From the NCBI GenBank assembly GCA_040398805.1, contig JBBATK010000010.1, forward strand, positions 18,113 to 82,112: a DNA stretch of 64,000 nucleotides, given 5' to 3'. Shown piece by piece: positions 47,850 through 59,509 of the stretch. The first letter of the stretch is position 1. Every line of letters starts with the position of its first letter. The notes under the pieces were generated by a model. It saw only the letters and a list, made by a program, of their open reading frames with translations. It searched no databases and was not told where the DNA came from. Position numbers and translations under genes: made by a program. This DNA is from Candidatus Kapaibacterium sp. GTDB lineage: Bacteria > Bacteroidota > Ignavibacteria > Kapaibacteriales > NICIL-2.

Positions 47850-50714
47850 ATGGCTGAAAAAAGAGAAAACAAACTTTTCAAAGTTGCCTCTCAACTGAAC
47901 ATCGGTAAGGATGAGATCGTCGACTTCCTGAAAACCAAAGGTTTCTCTGTTGAGAACAAACCTACCGTGCAGCTCAGCGATGAAATGCTGGATGCGGTGT
48001 ATGATAAGTTCAGCAAAGAGGCGAAGCTTGTCGAAAAGCAACGCGAGAAGATCGAGAAGCACAAGACCGTGGCGCGGAAGACCGACGCCGCCGTCTCTCT
48101 GCGCAGTCGCGAGCAGGAACGCATCATGGAGCAGGAAGCCCGTGAAGCATCTGAGCGCCAAGAGCGCGAACGCATAGAGCGGGAGCGTCAGGAACGCGAA
48201 CAGGTGGAACGCGAAGCCCGGTTGGCAGTGCAGCGCGAACGTCAGGAACGCGAACAGGCGAAACTTGATGCAGCACGTGCCGCGGAGCAAGCGGCTACCG
48301 TGGCGGATCCTGTGGCCGCTGCTCCTGTAGAAGCGGCAGCACCCGCCGTTGAAGAAGCGCCGCCCGTGGCCGTCGACACACCGGCACCGGCCGTGGCGGC
48401 AGAGCCCGCTGCGCCGGAAGGCGAAGCAGCCACCGATGAAGACGCCTCCGACGGCACCGAAGAGATCGGCGAAGACGGTGTCAAGAAGAAACGCAAACGC
48501 AGAAACAACATCGTCATCACTTCCGAGCCCGGCTCACGTCCGCAACTGCGCGGCTTGACGGTGCTTGGCAAGGTGGACCTGCAACCCCCGCGGACATTCA
48601 GGCCCGCGGACAGGTCGCGGGACAAGGGCGGTCGCAGCGGCGACTCCCCCATCACCACGCCGATATCGGAGATCCGCATCGGCGCATTCGCCGGCGGCGG
48701 TCCCAGAGGTCCCGGCGGTTTCAAACGTCCGGACGCCAAGAAGGCACCGTTGACGAAGAAGGAGCTGGAACGCGAGAAGAAGAAGAAGCGCTCCATCAAG
48801 GAGCAGGTGGCGGAGGTGGACATCGACCGCGCCATCCGCGAGACGCTCTCCGGAAACGAAGAGGCGTCGCAAGCCCGGATGCGGAGTAAGATCAAGCAGA
48901 AGAAAAAGGACATCCGCGACGAGCGCGAACAGAAGCGTCAGGAGGAACTGCAACGCGAAAGCGGCATCCTTCGCGTGACGGAGTTCCTCACAACGGCGGA
49001 GCTCGCGAACTTCATGGGCGTATCGCCTGCGGAGATCATTACGAAGTGTTTCTCGCTCGGCTTGATGGTGAGCATCAACCAGCGTCTGGACAAGGAGACC
49101 ATCCAGCTCATCGCGGACGATTACGGGTACACGGTGGAGTTCATCACCGAAAAGGAGATCGACGTCGAAGCGGAGATCGTGGACGAACCCGACACCCTGG
49201 AAGCACGCCCGCCCATCGTGACGATCATGGGTCACGTGGATCACGGTAAGACCTCGCTCCTGGACTACATCCGCAGTGCCAATGTCGTTGCGGGTGAAGC
49301 AGGCGGCATCACTCAGCACATCGGTGCGTACAAGGTGGAGTTGCCGAACGGACGTGCCATCGCCTTCCTCGATACGCCGGGTCACGAAGCCTTCACGGCC
49401 ATGCGTGCCCGCGGTGCGCAGGTCACGGATATCGTCATCCTCGTGGTGGCGGCGGACGACAACGTCATGCCCCAGACCCTCGAGGCCATCAGCCACGCAC
49501 AAGCGGCGAACGTGCCGATGATCGTGGCCATCAACAAGATCGACAAGGAGAACGCCAATCCCGATAACATCCGTCAGCAGCTCGCCAACAACAACGTGCT
49601 CTTGGAGGAATGGGGCGGCAAGTATCAATCGGCGGAAATCTCCGCACGCAAGGGTATCAACATCGAGAAGCTTCTCGAGAAGGTGGTCCTGGAAGCGGAC
49701 ATGCTGGACCTGAAGGCCAATCCTCATCGTCCTGCCCGCGGTACCGTCATCGAGGCGCATGTGGACAAGGGTCGCGGAAACGTGGCCACCATCATGGTGC
49801 AAAAAGGCACCCTGCATGTGGGCGATGCCTTCCTTACCGGACAGTTCTTCGGTCGGGTCCGCGCCATGTTCGACGAGCGCGGTCACCGCGTGGAAGAGGC
49901 CGGTCCGTCCACACCCGTGCAAGTGACCGGATTCGATGGTCTGCCGGAGTCGGGCGACGTGCTGATCTCATCGGAGAACGACACATCCCTTCGCGAAGTG
50001 GCGATCCAACGTCAGATCCTCCGCCGCGAGCAACAGCTCCGTCAGGTGCGCCATATCACGCTGGACGATATCTCTGCACGCATCCAACAAGGCGGCGTGA
50101 AGGAGCTTCGCCTCATCATCAAGACGGACGTCAGCGGCTCGCTCGAAGCGCTCACCGACTCGTTGCTCAAGCTCTCGCGCGACGAAGTGAAGGTGCAAGT
50201 GATCCACCGCGGCGTGGGCACCATCACGGAAAGCGATGTGATGCTGGCCGCCGCATCGGACGCCATCATCATCGGCTTCCAGGTCACCGTCCCCACCTCC
50301 GTTCGCAAGCTTATCGAGAACGAACAGGTGGATGTCCGCCTGTACTCGATCATCTACGACGCCATCAACGAGGTCAAGCTCGCGCTCGAAGGTATGCTCT
50401 CTCCGGATATCAAGGAAGAGATCACGGGACGCGTCGAAGTACGTCAGGTGTTCAAGATCTCGCACGTGGGTCAGGTGGCGGGTTCGTATGTCCTCAGCGG
50501 TTCCATTCTGCGCAACGACAAGATCCGCTTGCTGAGAAACGGCTTCGAAATCTTCAAGGGCACCATCCAATCGCTGAAACATGTGAAGGAGGATGTCAAG
50601 GAGATGCGCTCCGGCTTCGAGTGCGGTATCACCATCAACGGCTTCAATGATTACGAGCCGGGAGACATCGTGGAAGCGTACAAGATCCTTGAAATAAAAC
50701 GCAAACTGTCGTAA
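47850..50714 (+). CDS. infB: Translation initiation factor IF-2
   Basis: [25 protein letters not shown]. Long E/R/Q/A-rich N-terminal region. Confidence 0.95.
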   Translation: MAEKRENKLFKVASQLNIGKDEIVDFLKTKGFSVENKPTVQLSDEMLDAVYDKFSKEAKLVEKQREKIEKHKTVARKTDAAVSLRSREQERIMEQEAREASERQERERIERERQEREQVEREARLAVQRERQEREQAKLDAARAAEQAATVADPVAAAPVEAAAPAVEEAPPVAVDTPAPAVAAEPAAPEGEAATDEDASDGTEEIGEDGVKKKRKRRNNIVITSEPGSRPQLRGLTVLGKVDLQPPRTFRPADRSRDKGGRSGDSPITTPISEIRIGAFAGGGPRGPGGFKRPDAKKAPLTKKELEREKKKKRSIKEQVAEVDIDRAIRETLSGNEEASQARMRSKIKQKKKDIRDEREQKRQEELQRESGILRVTEFLTTAELANFMGVSPAEIITKCFSLGLMVSINQRLDKETIQLIADDYGYTVEFITEKEIDVEAEIVDEPDTLEARPPIVTIMGHVDHGKTSLLDYIRSANVVAGEAGGITQHIGAYKVELPNGRAIAFLDTPGHEAFTAMRARGAQVTDIVILVVAADDNVMPQTLEAISHAQAANVPMIVAINKIDKENANPDNIRQQLANNNVLLEEWGGKYQSAEISARKGINIEKLLEKVVLEADMLDLKANPHRPARGTVIEAHVDKGRGNVATIMVQKGTLHVGDAFLTGQFFGRVRAMFDERGHRVEEAGPSTPVQVTGFDGLPESGDVLISSENDTSLREVAIQRQILRREQQLRQVRHITLDDISARIQQGGVKELRLIIKTDVSGSLEALTDSLLKLSRDEVKVQVIHRGVGTITESDVMLAAASDAIIIGFQVTVPTSVRKLIENEQVDVRLYSIIYDAINEVKLALEGMLSPDIKEEITGRVEVRQVFKISHVGQVAGSYVLSGSILRNDKIRLLRNGFEIFKGTIQSLKHVKEDVKEMRSGFECGITINGFNDYEPGDIVEAYKILEIKRKLS

Positions 50715-50720
50715 CACCCT

Positions 50721-51116
50721 ATGTCCGTACGCACAGAGAAAGTCGCCGGCGAGGTGCACAAAGCCCTCTCCCCCGTCATGGACGCGTTCGCACGCGAGCA
50801 CGGCGGCGGTCTGCTCACCATCACGAAAGTGGTGATGTCGCCGGACCTCTCCATCGCGAAGGTGTATGTGAGCGTCTTCGCTTCGAAGCTCGCTCAACCG
50901 CTGCTGCTTAAGACCCTCGGGGCGGAGGCCTACAGGTTCAAGAGGGCGCTGGCCACGGGTCTGCGACTGCGCATCGTGCCGGAGTTGCGATTCTTCATCG
51001 ATGCGTCGCTGGACGAGGTGGAACGATTGACAGAGATACTCAAAGCGAATCCTCCACTGCATCCGGAGTCACCACGTGATGAATCAGCTGCCGATACTGT
51101 CGATTCGGACGAGTAG
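50721..51116 (+). CDS. rbfA: Ribosome-binding factor A
   Basis: Motifs LTITKVVMSPDLSIAKVYVS and LRIVPELRFFID. Confidence 0.9.
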   Translation: MSVRTEKVAGEVHKALSPVMDAFAREHGGGLLTITKVVMSPDLSIAKVYVSVFASKLAQPLLLKTLGAEAYRFKRALATGLRLRIVPELRFFIDASLDEVERLTEILKANPPLHPESPRDESAADTVDSDE

Positions 51117-51849
51117 CGATCCCCTTGCGGTGGACGCCTGGTACGAATCAGCCGTCGCAGCGGGCGGTGTCTTGCTCATTGATAAGGAGAGTTCGTGGAC
51201 GTCCTTCGATGTGGTCGCAAAACTGCGTTCCGCATGGAAGATCGCCAAGATCGGTCACGCGGGAACGCTCGATCCCTTGGCCACGGGACTGCTCATCGTG
51301 TGCTGCGGTAAAGCCACGAAGCGCATCACGGAGTTCCAGGACCGGGAGAAGGAATATCGCGCGGTCGTGAAACTCGGTGCGACGACGAAAACATACGATG
51401 CGGAAGGCGAGGAAGAGAACATCACCGATGTCTCTCATCTGAACCCGCAGGATATCATCGATGCGGCATCACGGTTCACGGGTGACATCGACCAGATACC
51501 GCCCATGTACAGCGCGCGCAAGGTGGACGGTAAACGCCTGTATCAGCTTGCCCGCAAAGGCGAGGACGTCGAACGTCCGGCAACCCGGGTGCATATCCAT
51601 GCGCTCGAGGTTACAGACATCCGGCTTCCCCGCTTCACGTTGACGGTACGATGCTCCAAAGGAACGTACATCCGTACCCTGGCGCACGACATCGGTCGGA
51701 TGCTCGGCACGGGTGCGTATCTGGAATCCTTACGCCGCACGGCTATCGGTGAATTCTCCGTGGACGATGCACTCACGGTGCCGGCGCTCGTGACCATCGC
51801 CCGCGAGGCCCGCGACCGCAGAGCGGCGGCGGCACAGGCAGAAGGATGA
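51076..51849 (+). CDS. truB: tRNA pseudouridine(55) synthase TruB
   Basis: GVLLIDKESSWTSFDVV...GHAGTLDPLATGLL catalytic-Asp motif. Overlaps rbfA by 41 nt as drawn; the true start may be a downstream alternative codon. Confidence 0.85.
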   Translation: MMNQLPILSIRTSSDPLAVDAWYESAVAAGGVLLIDKESSWTSFDVVAKLRSAWKIAKIGHAGTLDPLATGLLIVCCGKATKRITEFQDREKEYRAVVKLGATTKTYDAEGEEENITDVSHLNPQDIIDAASRFTGDIDQIPPMYSARKVDGKRLYQLARKGEDVERPATRVHIHALEVTDIRLPRFTLTVRCSKGTYIRTLAHDIGRMLGTGAYLESLRRTAIGEFSVDDALTVPALVTIAREARDRRAAAAQAEG

Positions 51850-51920
51850 GACGGCGACGAACGAAGAATTGACGATGCGCGAGCGCTGCGACGACGCATC
51901 GACATGAAACGGAAAGAATC

Positions 51921-52901
51921 ATGGTCATAGTACGCGACATATCACAATGCGAGCGTGATGCGAAAAGCGTGGTCACCGTGGGCACCTTCGATGGTGTGCA
52001 TCGCGGACACGTGCGCATCATCGAACGCATGAAGGAGATAGCGGCGCAGACGGGCGGACGGACGGTGGTGGTCACCTTCGATCCGCATCCGCAGATCGTC
52101 TTGAACAAGGCCGGACGTGAACCCATCAAGCTGCTGAGTTCCATGAACGAACGCTTGAAACTGCTTGCCGACGCCGGTGTGCATACGGTGGTGGTGATAC
52201 CGTTCACCTTCGAATTCGCGAACACGAGCGCCAAGGATTTCATCCTCGAGCTCTTGCTCAAACACGTAGGCATAGGTTCGTTCCTTGTGGGATACGACCA
52301 CACCTTCGGTCGGAACCGCGAGGGCGACGAGCAGATGCTGCGGAGACTGGGCGCTGAGCATGGCTTCACGGTGGAGCGCATCGAACCGCTCATGCTGGGC
52401 CAGGTGAAGGTGAGCAGTACGCAGATTCGCTCGGCACTCAAGGAGCATCGTCTTGCCGATGCCAACGACATGCTCGGTGCGCCGTATACGGTGGAGGGCG
52501 TCGTGGTGGAGGGCGACGGACGCGGACGCCGGCTGGGATATCCCACGGCGAACGTGGAATGCATGGAGCAGCACAAACTGCTTCCCGCCAACGGCGTGTA
52601 TTGCGTGTCGGCCGTCATCGACAACGTTCGCCGCTTCGGTATGGCGAACATCGGTACGCGACCGACGTTCACGGATGATATCCATCCGCGGCTCGAGGCG
52701 CATTTCTTCGATTACAACGGCGTGCTGTACAACCGGCGCATCGCGGTACGGTTCCATGCCTTCATCCGGCACGAGATGAAGTTCGACAGTATCGACATTT
52801 TCTGGTCGCAACTGCGGGAGGACCGCGAAACCTGCGAGGCGTTCATCGCGCAGCATCTGCAGGGCTCGGGTTCACCGGCAACGGCGACATCGACGACATA
52901 G
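51921..52901 (+). CDS. ribF: Bifunctional riboflavin kinase / FMN adenylyltransferase
   Basis: VVTVGTFDGVHRGH in the N-terminal FAD-synthetase domain. C-terminal riboflavin kinase with GYPTAN and PTFTDD. Confidence 0.9.
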   Translation: MVIVRDISQCERDAKSVVTVGTFDGVHRGHVRIIERMKEIAAQTGGRTVVVTFDPHPQIVLNKAGREPIKLLSSMNERLKLLADAGVHTVVVIPFTFEFANTSAKDFILELLLKHVGIGSFLVGYDHTFGRNREGDEQMLRRLGAEHGFTVERIEPLMLGQVKVSSTQIRSALKEHRLADANDMLGAPYTVEGVVVEGDGRGRRLGYPTANVECMEQHKLLPANGVYCVSAVIDNVRRFGMANIGTRPTFTDDIHPRLEAHFFDYNGVLYNRRIAVRFHAFIRHEMKFDSIDIFWSQLREDRETCEAFIAQHLQGSGSPATATSTT

Positions 52902-52952
52902 GACACTCTAACATTCATTTTTTTTCTTCATCATTTATACTCAGGGTTTGTT

Positions 52953-53219
52953 ATGGTTTCGAAAGAACGAAAAGCAGAACTCATCGCTCAATACGGTGGA
53001 TCCACCTCGAACACGGGATCGCCGGAGGCTCAGGTGGCAATACTCACCGAGCACATCAACCTTTTGCAGTCGCACCTCGACACGCACAAGAAGGACCACT
53101 CCAGCCGCCGTGGTCTGATCCGTCTTGTCAACAAGCGCCGCACGCTTCTGAACTTCCTTCAGAGCCGCGACATCAAGCGCTACCGCGCCATCATCGCTTC
53201 GCTCAGTCTGCGTAAGTAA
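52953..53219 (+). CDS. rpsO: 30S ribosomal protein S15
   Basis: GSTSNTGSPEAQVAILTEHINLLQSHL...HSSRRGLIRLVNKRRTLLNFL. Confidence 0.95.
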   Translation: MVSKERKAELIAQYGGSTSNTGSPEAQVAILTEHINLLQSHLDTHKKDHSSRRGLIRLVNKRRTLLNFLQSRDIKRYRAIIASLSLRK

Positions 53220-53332
53220 TTCCGCGGACGGTGGACGCACGGCAGCGGTGTGCTGCGAATGGCGGGAGAACGCCATGAGAAACGCGCGGGGTCGTACCCT
53301 GCGGTTCATTCATTTACAACGAGATTAATATT

Positions 53333-55549
53333 ATGTCTGTCAAAAGAGTTTCAACACTCATCAATGGCAAAGAGTACTCGATCGAAACGGGACGCTTTGC
53401 GAAGCTGGCGGACGGTGCGGTGATGGTGCGCTACGGCGATACCATGATGCTTGTCACTGTCTGTGCGGCACAAGAACCGAAGCCCGATATCGACTTCATG
53501 CCCCTGACCGTGGAGTACCGCGAGAAGTCGGCAGCGGCGGGCAAGATCCCCGGCGGATTCTTCCGCCGCGAGGGACGTCCTTCGGAAAAAGAGATCCTCT
53601 CGGCGCGTCTCATCGACCGCCCCATCCGCCCCATGTTCCCCGAGGGTTGGCGCTGCGACACGCAGATCATCGCCACGGTGTTCAGTGCGGATGACGAGAA
53701 CGAACCGAACTCACTCGGCATGACGGGCGCATCCTGCGCTCTCATGATCAGCAACGTGCCCTTCAACGGACCGGTCTCCGAGGTGCATGTGGGCCGCGTG
53801 GATGGCGAACTCGTCATCAACCCCACCTACAAGCAATTGGAAGTCTCCGACCTGGAGATCACCGTTGCCGGTACCGACGAATCCATCATGATGGTGGAAG
53901 GTGTGAGCAAGGAGATCAGCGAGGACGAGTTCCTCGAAGCTCTGGAGTTCGCCCACAAGAACATCCGCAAGCTCAATGCCTTGCAGCACGAGCTGGCAGC
54001 GATGATCAATGCCGTGAAGCGCGACGCCCCCGCACCCACGCGTCCCGAAGCCATCGAGACCGCGGTACGCGAGCACATCACCGGTAAGGTGCGTGCACAG
54101 CTCGCGAACCCCAGCACGAAGGACCAGCGCATCCTGTTCCGTCGTGCCTTGAAGGAAGAGACCATCGCGATGGTGAACGAGAAGTTCGGCACGCAGGAGG
54201 AATTCGCGGGCAAGGACTTCAAGAAACTCTGCGACGGTATCATCACCGACGTCGAGTACGAGGAAATGCGCGCGATGATCATCAAGGACGGTCGTCGCTT
54301 GGACGGTCGCGACACCACGACGATCCGTCCCATCACGTGCGACGTGGGCCTGCTGCCGCGCACGCACGGATCGGCCCTGTTCACACGTGGCGAAACGCAA
54401 TCGCTGACGACGGTGACCCTCGGCACGGCTCGCGACGAGCAGATCGTGGACGGCTTGCTGCCCACGTACGACCGTCACTACATGTTGCACTACAACTTCC
54501 CTCCTTTCAGCACGGGCGAAACGGGTCGTACCGGTGGCACAAGCCGCCGCGAGATCGGTCACGGCAACCTGGCCGAACGCGCGCTGCAACCCATGATGCC
54601 CGCGAAGGAGGACTTCCCTTATACCATCCGTATCGTTTCGGACATCCTTGAGTCCAACGGCTCGTCATCCATGGCCACCGTGTGCGCCGGTTCGCTTGCG
54701 TGCATGGACGCCGGACTTCCCCTGAAGAAGCAAGTGGCGGGTATCGCCATGGGCTTGATCAAGGAAGACAGCGCCATCGCTGTCCTCAGCGATATCCTTG
54801 GCGACGAGGATTATCTTGGTGATATGGACTTCAAAGTGGCGGGTACCACCGACGGTATAACCGCTTGCCAGATGGATATCAAGATCCAGGGCTTGTCCAT
54901 CGACATCATGCACAAGGCGCTGGAACAGGCCCGTGCAGGACGCATGCACATCCTTGGTGTGATGAACGGTACCATCGACGCACCGCGTGGCGACCTCTCG
55001 CCCTTCGCACCACGCCTCACCACCATCAAGATCCCCGTGGAGTTCATCGGTGCGGTCATCGGACCGGGCGGCGAGATGATCCGTTCCATCACGAAGGAGA
55101 CGAACACCGAGATCAACATCGAGGATGACGGTACCATCGTCATCGCAGCGGTGAAAGGTGAACACGCTCAAGCCGCCGTCGAGTGGATCATGGGCTTGAT
55201 CCGCATGCCCGAAGTGGGCACGGTGTATCAGGCGCGCGTGAAGGAAGTGCGCGAAGGTCTTGGCGCCATCATGGAGTTCCTGCCGAAGAAGCAGGGCTTG
55301 CTGCACATCTCGCAGATCGCGCACGAGCGCATCGAGAATGTCAGCGACGTCCTCAAGGCGGGCGACATCGTGGATGTGAAGCTCATCGAAGTGCAGCACG
55401 ACGGAAAGTTCCGCCTGAGCCGCAAGGCATTGATCCCCAGGCCCGAAGGCATGCCCGAGGAAGAGGAACGTCCGCGTCGCGAGCGCCCGCATGGCGACCG
55501 TCCGCGTGGCGGCGGTTACGACCGCGATCGTCGCGGTCCGCGTCGCTAA
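53333..55549 (+). CDS. pnp: Polyribonucleotide nucleotidyltransferase (PNPase)
   Basis: Two RNase PH domains, KH and S1. GDMDFKVAGT motif. Basic RG-rich C-terminal tail. Confidence 0.95.
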   Translation: MSVKRVSTLINGKEYSIETGRFAKLADGAVMVRYGDTMMLVTVCAAQEPKPDIDFMPLTVEYREKSAAAGKIPGGFFRREGRPSEKEILSARLIDRPIRPMFPEGWRCDTQIIATVFSADDENEPNSLGMTGASCALMISNVPFNGPVSEVHVGRVDGELVINPTYKQLEVSDLEITVAGTDESIMMVEGVSKEISEDEFLEALEFAHKNIRKLNALQHELAAMINAVKRDAPAPTRPEAIETAVREHITGKVRAQLANPSTKDQRILFRRALKEETIAMVNEKFGTQEEFAGKDFKKLCDGIITDVEYEEMRAMIIKDGRRLDGRDTTTIRPITCDVGLLPRTHGSALFTRGETQSLTTVTLGTARDEQIVDGLLPTYDRHYMLHYNFPPFSTGETGRTGGTSRREIGHGNLAERALQPMMPAKEDFPYTIRIVSDILESNGSSSMATVCAGSLACMDAGLPLKKQVAGIAMGLIKEDSAIAVLSDILGDEDYLGDMDFKVAGTTDGITACQMDIKIQGLSIDIMHKALEQARAGRMHILGVMNGTIDAPRGDLSPFAPRLTTIKIPVEFIGAVIGPGGEMIRSITKETNTEINIEDDGTIVIAAVKGEHAQAAVEWIMGLIRMPEVGTVYQARVKEVREGLGAIMEFLPKKQGLLHISQIAHERIENVSDVLKAGDIVDVKLIEVQHDGKFRLSRKALIPRPEGMPEEEERPRRERPHGDRPRGGGYDRDRRGPRR

Positions 55550-55591
55550 ACGCACTGCACGTCAACGCGAACAACCTTTCGCAAAAAACAC

Positions 55592-55628
55592 CACCCTCGC
55601 ATGGAATCCATGCGAGGGTGTTTTGTTT
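55592..55628 (+). terminator. Rho-independent terminator after pnp
   Basis: Perfect 13-bp stem CACCCTCGCATGG / CCATGCGAGGGTG with an AAT loop, followed by TTTTGTTT. Confidence 0.8.
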
Positions 55629-56211
55629 ATCAAGGCTTTTTCACGAGTACCACGCCGTACGAGCTGAACGAGAACTACTGCGGATTCGCCTGCATGAACG
55701 TCCTATACTGAATCGCATCAAGGTGCCGTCATAGGCGCTTACGCTCAAGGAACTGGTTCCAAGGTAATCCGCATTCTGGGTACGGATTTCTCGTCTCTCA
55801 CCCGGCAATCAGCCATGTCAAAACAAGACAATTTTCGTTCAGTTCGATGTTGTCCTTGTCCCACAGATTATCCCCGTTTCATCAAATCCCGAGGCACCCT
55901 CGTTGATACATTCCCCGACATACTCATCATCTCTCTATCCAGCCGTCTCATACGATACGATCTGCTATATTTTCATCCCGCGATATTTTCTCATTTTTTT
56001 GTGTAAGTTGCTTTACGGCTAGTCAGGGTTCTTTTTTTCGAAGCACTAGATATTCCCTTAACAACTTTCGCGAATCTGCGCTTTACCTCTTGCCCGTCAT
56101 CTATCGGTCATCGTTGGCATATTATTCGTCTCTTCCGCTTTTTAAACTTCTGTTATTTCTGCGAGACAATTTCTGACGAACAACGTTTTTAAACATTTTT
56201 TGGGTGGTTTT

Positions 56212-56814
56212 ATGAAAACATTGGCCCTTAGCCTCCTGACATTACTTTGCTTTTTCACGACCCCCTCCGCGCGAGCCCAATGTCCACCGGGATGGACGAC
56301 AGCAACTCCCACCTTCGTCATAAACCCTTCCTGCTCGATTACCGTTACCATTTGTTATATCTGCTCTCCAAGCGGCGGGTCCCCGACTACCATTCTTATC
56401 GCTGGTTGGTACCAATCCAGTCCTTGCTCGGGAGTGGATTTCGGGAATGATTTTATTGTCTCACTTTTCATCCAACACTACGACAGTTTTTGCACTATTA
56501 CCGATTGTCGTTCTGGATGTACGGATTTCATAGTGGACATCCCCGCTTGTCGTCAATGGTATTACAACTATAATCCCCCTTTGCCTCTTTTTTATTGGTG
56601 GGAACCATGTTCATCCAGTTCAAAACATTGCACTGTCACAACGAGTATCTGCCGTGATTCACAGACCGGGTCCATAATTGAATGCGGTTCTCGCAGTTAT
56701 GGTAGTTATGGCATTTCATGTGCCACGGCCATCCCGCCACCATCCGGAACGCCCTCGCCTTCAGGAAACCATATACCCTACGGTGTTTGTAATGCTGGAG
56801 ATTCGTGTCCTTGA
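56212..56814 (+). CDS. Cysteine-rich (24 Cys) small secreted protein, no recognised family
   Basis: Signal peptide MKTLALSLLTLLCFFTTPSARA. Mature protein about 180 aa with paired Cys spacings and a PPPSGTPSPSG linker. Local GC is about 10-15% below the flanks. Confidence 0.5.
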   Translation: MKTLALSLLTLLCFFTTPSARAQCPPGWTTATPTFVINPSCSITVTICYICSPSGGSPTTILIAGWYQSSPCSGVDFGNDFIVSLFIQHYDSFCTITDCRSGCTDFIVDIPACRQWYYNYNPPLPLFYWWEPCSSSSKHCTVTTSICRDSQTGSIIECGSRSYGSYGISCATAIPPPSGTPSPSGNHIPYGVCNAGDSCP

Positions 56815-56953
56815 TAAGGTTTTGTGAACGTGAGTGTGAGGATATTGCGTCGTAGATCGGAGCAATTGTCGACTGCCTCTCATTATTCAACGACTCGGCC
56901 GGCGCAAAGACATAGTAGCTGTCTATCACTTTCCAGGTTTTCATATTTCTTTA

Positions 56954-59509
56954 TTGCTCACTTCCATGTTTTTCTTCTACTTATTCATTTTTGAGCTTGT
57001 ATGCAGCTCTCAATTATGGTCCAGTCCTGTTTCTGGAGACATGACATATTTGACCACAGACTATAAAGGTGTCGCGTCGAACGGCTCCACAGTCTTGAGT
57101 TATGGTACTCATGGTATCATACTAAGGTCAACCGATAAGGGAGCGTCGTGGTTCAGAACGTCAATCGGAAATGACAATGATGTCATTCGCATTGATACGA
57201 TCAACTCTTCGTATGTAGCACTCACGAGGTCCGGTTTGCTGAGATCCGACGACAATGCCTCGACGTGGACTCGCACGGCCATTGAGAATGGAGTGGATAT
57301 GTGTCGTGACAAAGACACCATCTATGTCCTCACGAAATACGCTATCGTTCGTACGACATTCTCGCGTATGGCTGACATCAGCACGCTCGTGAGCATGGAT
57401 TCCACGGTGAGTGCTCGATCCATCGTTGCCTCGGCGCGAGGAAGTCTTCACTGGATAGAGGACAACAGATATGTACGCCACTATTCCTTATCGTCCAAGA
57501 CATCCACAGCGACCGACGTACTTTCGCTCAACCAGTGTCCTACCTGCTACAGAATCGATGGATTGCAGCAAAACATGGGCAAACTGTACGTCGCTATCGT
57601 CAACACGAGAAACAATCCCGTTGGTGCCCTGCCTTTCGAATTCTATCAGGTATATATGTCTCCCAACCTAGGATCGTCATGGCAGCGATACTCGGCGGTT
57701 GACTCATTCGATGAAAACACTCTGGGAACAGCGAACTTCAAAGTCGTCAGCGATAGTCAGATTATCGCGTTACGAACAAAGGTACTGCCGCAAAGCGTGT
57801 ACATCCCGGCACCTGATACGCTGAACAGGAAGTTACATCAGTGGTTTGTCGGTATCGAGTATCTTTCGTTCAATAACTCCGGCACTTCCAGTATCATCAA
57901 TCCCGACGATACCATCCCGGAGCGCTATGCCTTATCGTCGGACCTACGCCTGAACTCTCTTCTGGATTTGGGTAATGGTATCATCGTTGCCAATGGCAAC
58001 AATCATTGCATTGTCCGAAGCACCGACAATGGTCGGTCATGGCAACTTCAGTCGTACTTTCCTAACGACGCAGTTTATTCCACGCCATTTTTCCGCGGCG
58101 TGGATTCAAACCATCTCTATATGCCGTGCGCACAAGGGGCGTTTTATCGGACCGACAACGCAGGGTTAACGATTCTCCCCCAACGCTTCCAATTCTATCC
58201 GCAGTATCTAGCCAAGGGTGCGGGCGTCGTGTTTTCGCACTACGACAGTAGCGGACATGGGTGCGTGATAATTCAAGCCGGACTGGAGCTTGATTCGAAC
58301 GTATTTATCACGAACGACTTCGGTGAAACGTATTCGCCAGTAGGCGTACTACCTTTATTTAATGTTTTTGCGTCAGACTCTGTTCAAAGGACGAAGTACC
58401 GGCTAACGAACATCATGATTCGCAATGAGGTGGAAACCGATACGGTCTTCCTGCTAGCCGGCACACCGACATATGTTGATGCCAATAACACGTTACAGCG
58501 CTATCCGTACAGTGTCGTGATACGCCTCAACAAACAGTATGGGCTTATTGACACGGTGGCTTTGCCGGTATCGAAAGTGGCGATGTTGATCCGAGCGGGA
58601 CGATTGGTGTATTTGTTCGGCACGAACGGGGAGGACCTATCATACAAGCGAAATGTAGCGGACCTCGTGTTCCCGACGTATGCGATATATCGGAGTATTG
58701 ATGATGGACGGACGTGGGAATCTGTCTCGACCTCCTTACCCATACCTAACGAATATGTCAAGGTAGGACAGCAGTACGCTGCAGTCGTACCGGATTTCAG
58801 ACCGGCCATTGTCTTCGACAGTACTCTCGTCGTCAGTACGGGTCAACGTCGCCTCCTCATCTATTCAAAGGATAAAATGAGACCGGATTCGTTGCATCTG
58901 CCTTTCGATCAGAATCTGCTGTATCTCGGAGAAACCATGATAAGCTCCGATAATGCACTCGCTATAGCGTCAATCGACGGCAAACTATTCAGCACTGCGC
59001 TTATTGAGGATGACAAAACCGTCTGGGATTCCAGCCCTCTACAGTCAGGATTGTCGTGGGACGGCCCACGTCTTCGTTTGCAAAGATTCATTCCCGTTTC
59101 AGATAATACCGGCTTTACGGTTACCGGTGAGTACAAAGACACGGACCGTAAATACAAGACGCATCTGTTACGTTATTCATTGAACATCCCGATTTCGGAT
59201 GTCAAGGAAGACGTTCGCACTCTTCGTTTGTGGGAATCCTTGCCGTACCCGCAGCCCGCTCGACACACCGTGATGACCAGGATCTACTGGGACAAGCCGT
59301 GTTCACTTCAAGATCTGGAGATTTCTCTTTTCGATTTCGTCGGTATCCTCGTTGACGGTGATACCCATTCCAGTAGGATTGCAATAACCGCGGTTGATGA
59401 GATCAGTGCATCTCTCGCCGTTGATTGTAACGGGTTGACACCGGGCGTCTATTTCATCCGAGTCCGGTTGAGGAATTCCGATAGAACGATTCCGTTCGTC
59501 GTGCAATAA
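56954..59509 (+). CDS. BNR/Asp-box repeat beta-propeller protein (sialidase-/Ycf48-like fold) with type-A T9SS C-terminal sorting domain
   Basis: Asp-box repeats STDKGASW, SDDNASTW, STDNGRSW, SIDDGRTW. CTD ...GLTPGVYFIRVRLRNSDRTIPFVVQ. Low GC. Likely true start a few codons in (MFFFYLFIF... signal). Confidence 0.7.
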   Translation: MLTSMFFFYLFIFELVCSSQLWSSPVSGDMTYLTTDYKGVASNGSTVLSYGTHGIILRSTDKGASWFRTSIGNDNDVIRIDTINSSYVALTRSGLLRSDDNASTWTRTAIENGVDMCRDKDTIYVLTKYAIVRTTFSRMADISTLVSMDSTVSARSIVASARGSLHWIEDNRYVRHYSLSSKTSTATDVLSLNQCPTCYRIDGLQQNMGKLYVAIVNTRNNPVGALPFEFYQVYMSPNLGSSWQRYSAVDSFDENTLGTANFKVVSDSQIIALRTKVLPQSVYIPAPDTLNRKLHQWFVGIEYLSFNNSGTSSIINPDDTIPERYALSSDLRLNSLLDLGNGIIVANGNNHCIVRSTDNGRSWQLQSYFPNDAVYSTPFFRGVDSNHLYMPCAQGAFYRTDNAGLTILPQRFQFYPQYLAKGAGVVFSHYDSSGHGCVIIQAGLELDSNVFITNDFGETYSPVGVLPLFNVFASDSVQRTKYRLTNIMIRNEVETDTVFLLAGTPTYVDANNTLQRYPYSVVIRLNKQYGLIDTVALPVSKVAMLIRAGRLVYLFGTNGEDLSYKRNVADLVFPTYAIYRSIDDGRTWESVSTSLPIPNEYVKVGQQYAAVVPDFRPAIVFDSTLVVSTGQRRLLIYSKDKMRPDSLHLPFDQNLLYLGETMISSDNALAIASIDGKLFSTALIEDDKTVWDSSPLQSGLSWDGPRLRLQRFIPVSDNTGFTVTGEYKDTDRKYKTHLLRYSLNIPISDVKEDVRTLRLWESLPYPQPARHTVMTRIYWDKPCSLQDLEISLFDFVGILVDGDTHSSRIAITAVDEISASLAVDCNGLTPGVYFIRVRLRNSDRTIPFVVQ

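Noticed and set aside
55629-56211. The 580-nt non-coding stretch after pnp, considered as a possible ncRNA, tRNA or CRISPR leader
   Set aside because: No direct repeats, no tRNA-like cloverleaf motifs and no conserved ncRNA signatures that I can recognise. Best explained as the AT-richer boundary or promoter region of the low-GC island.
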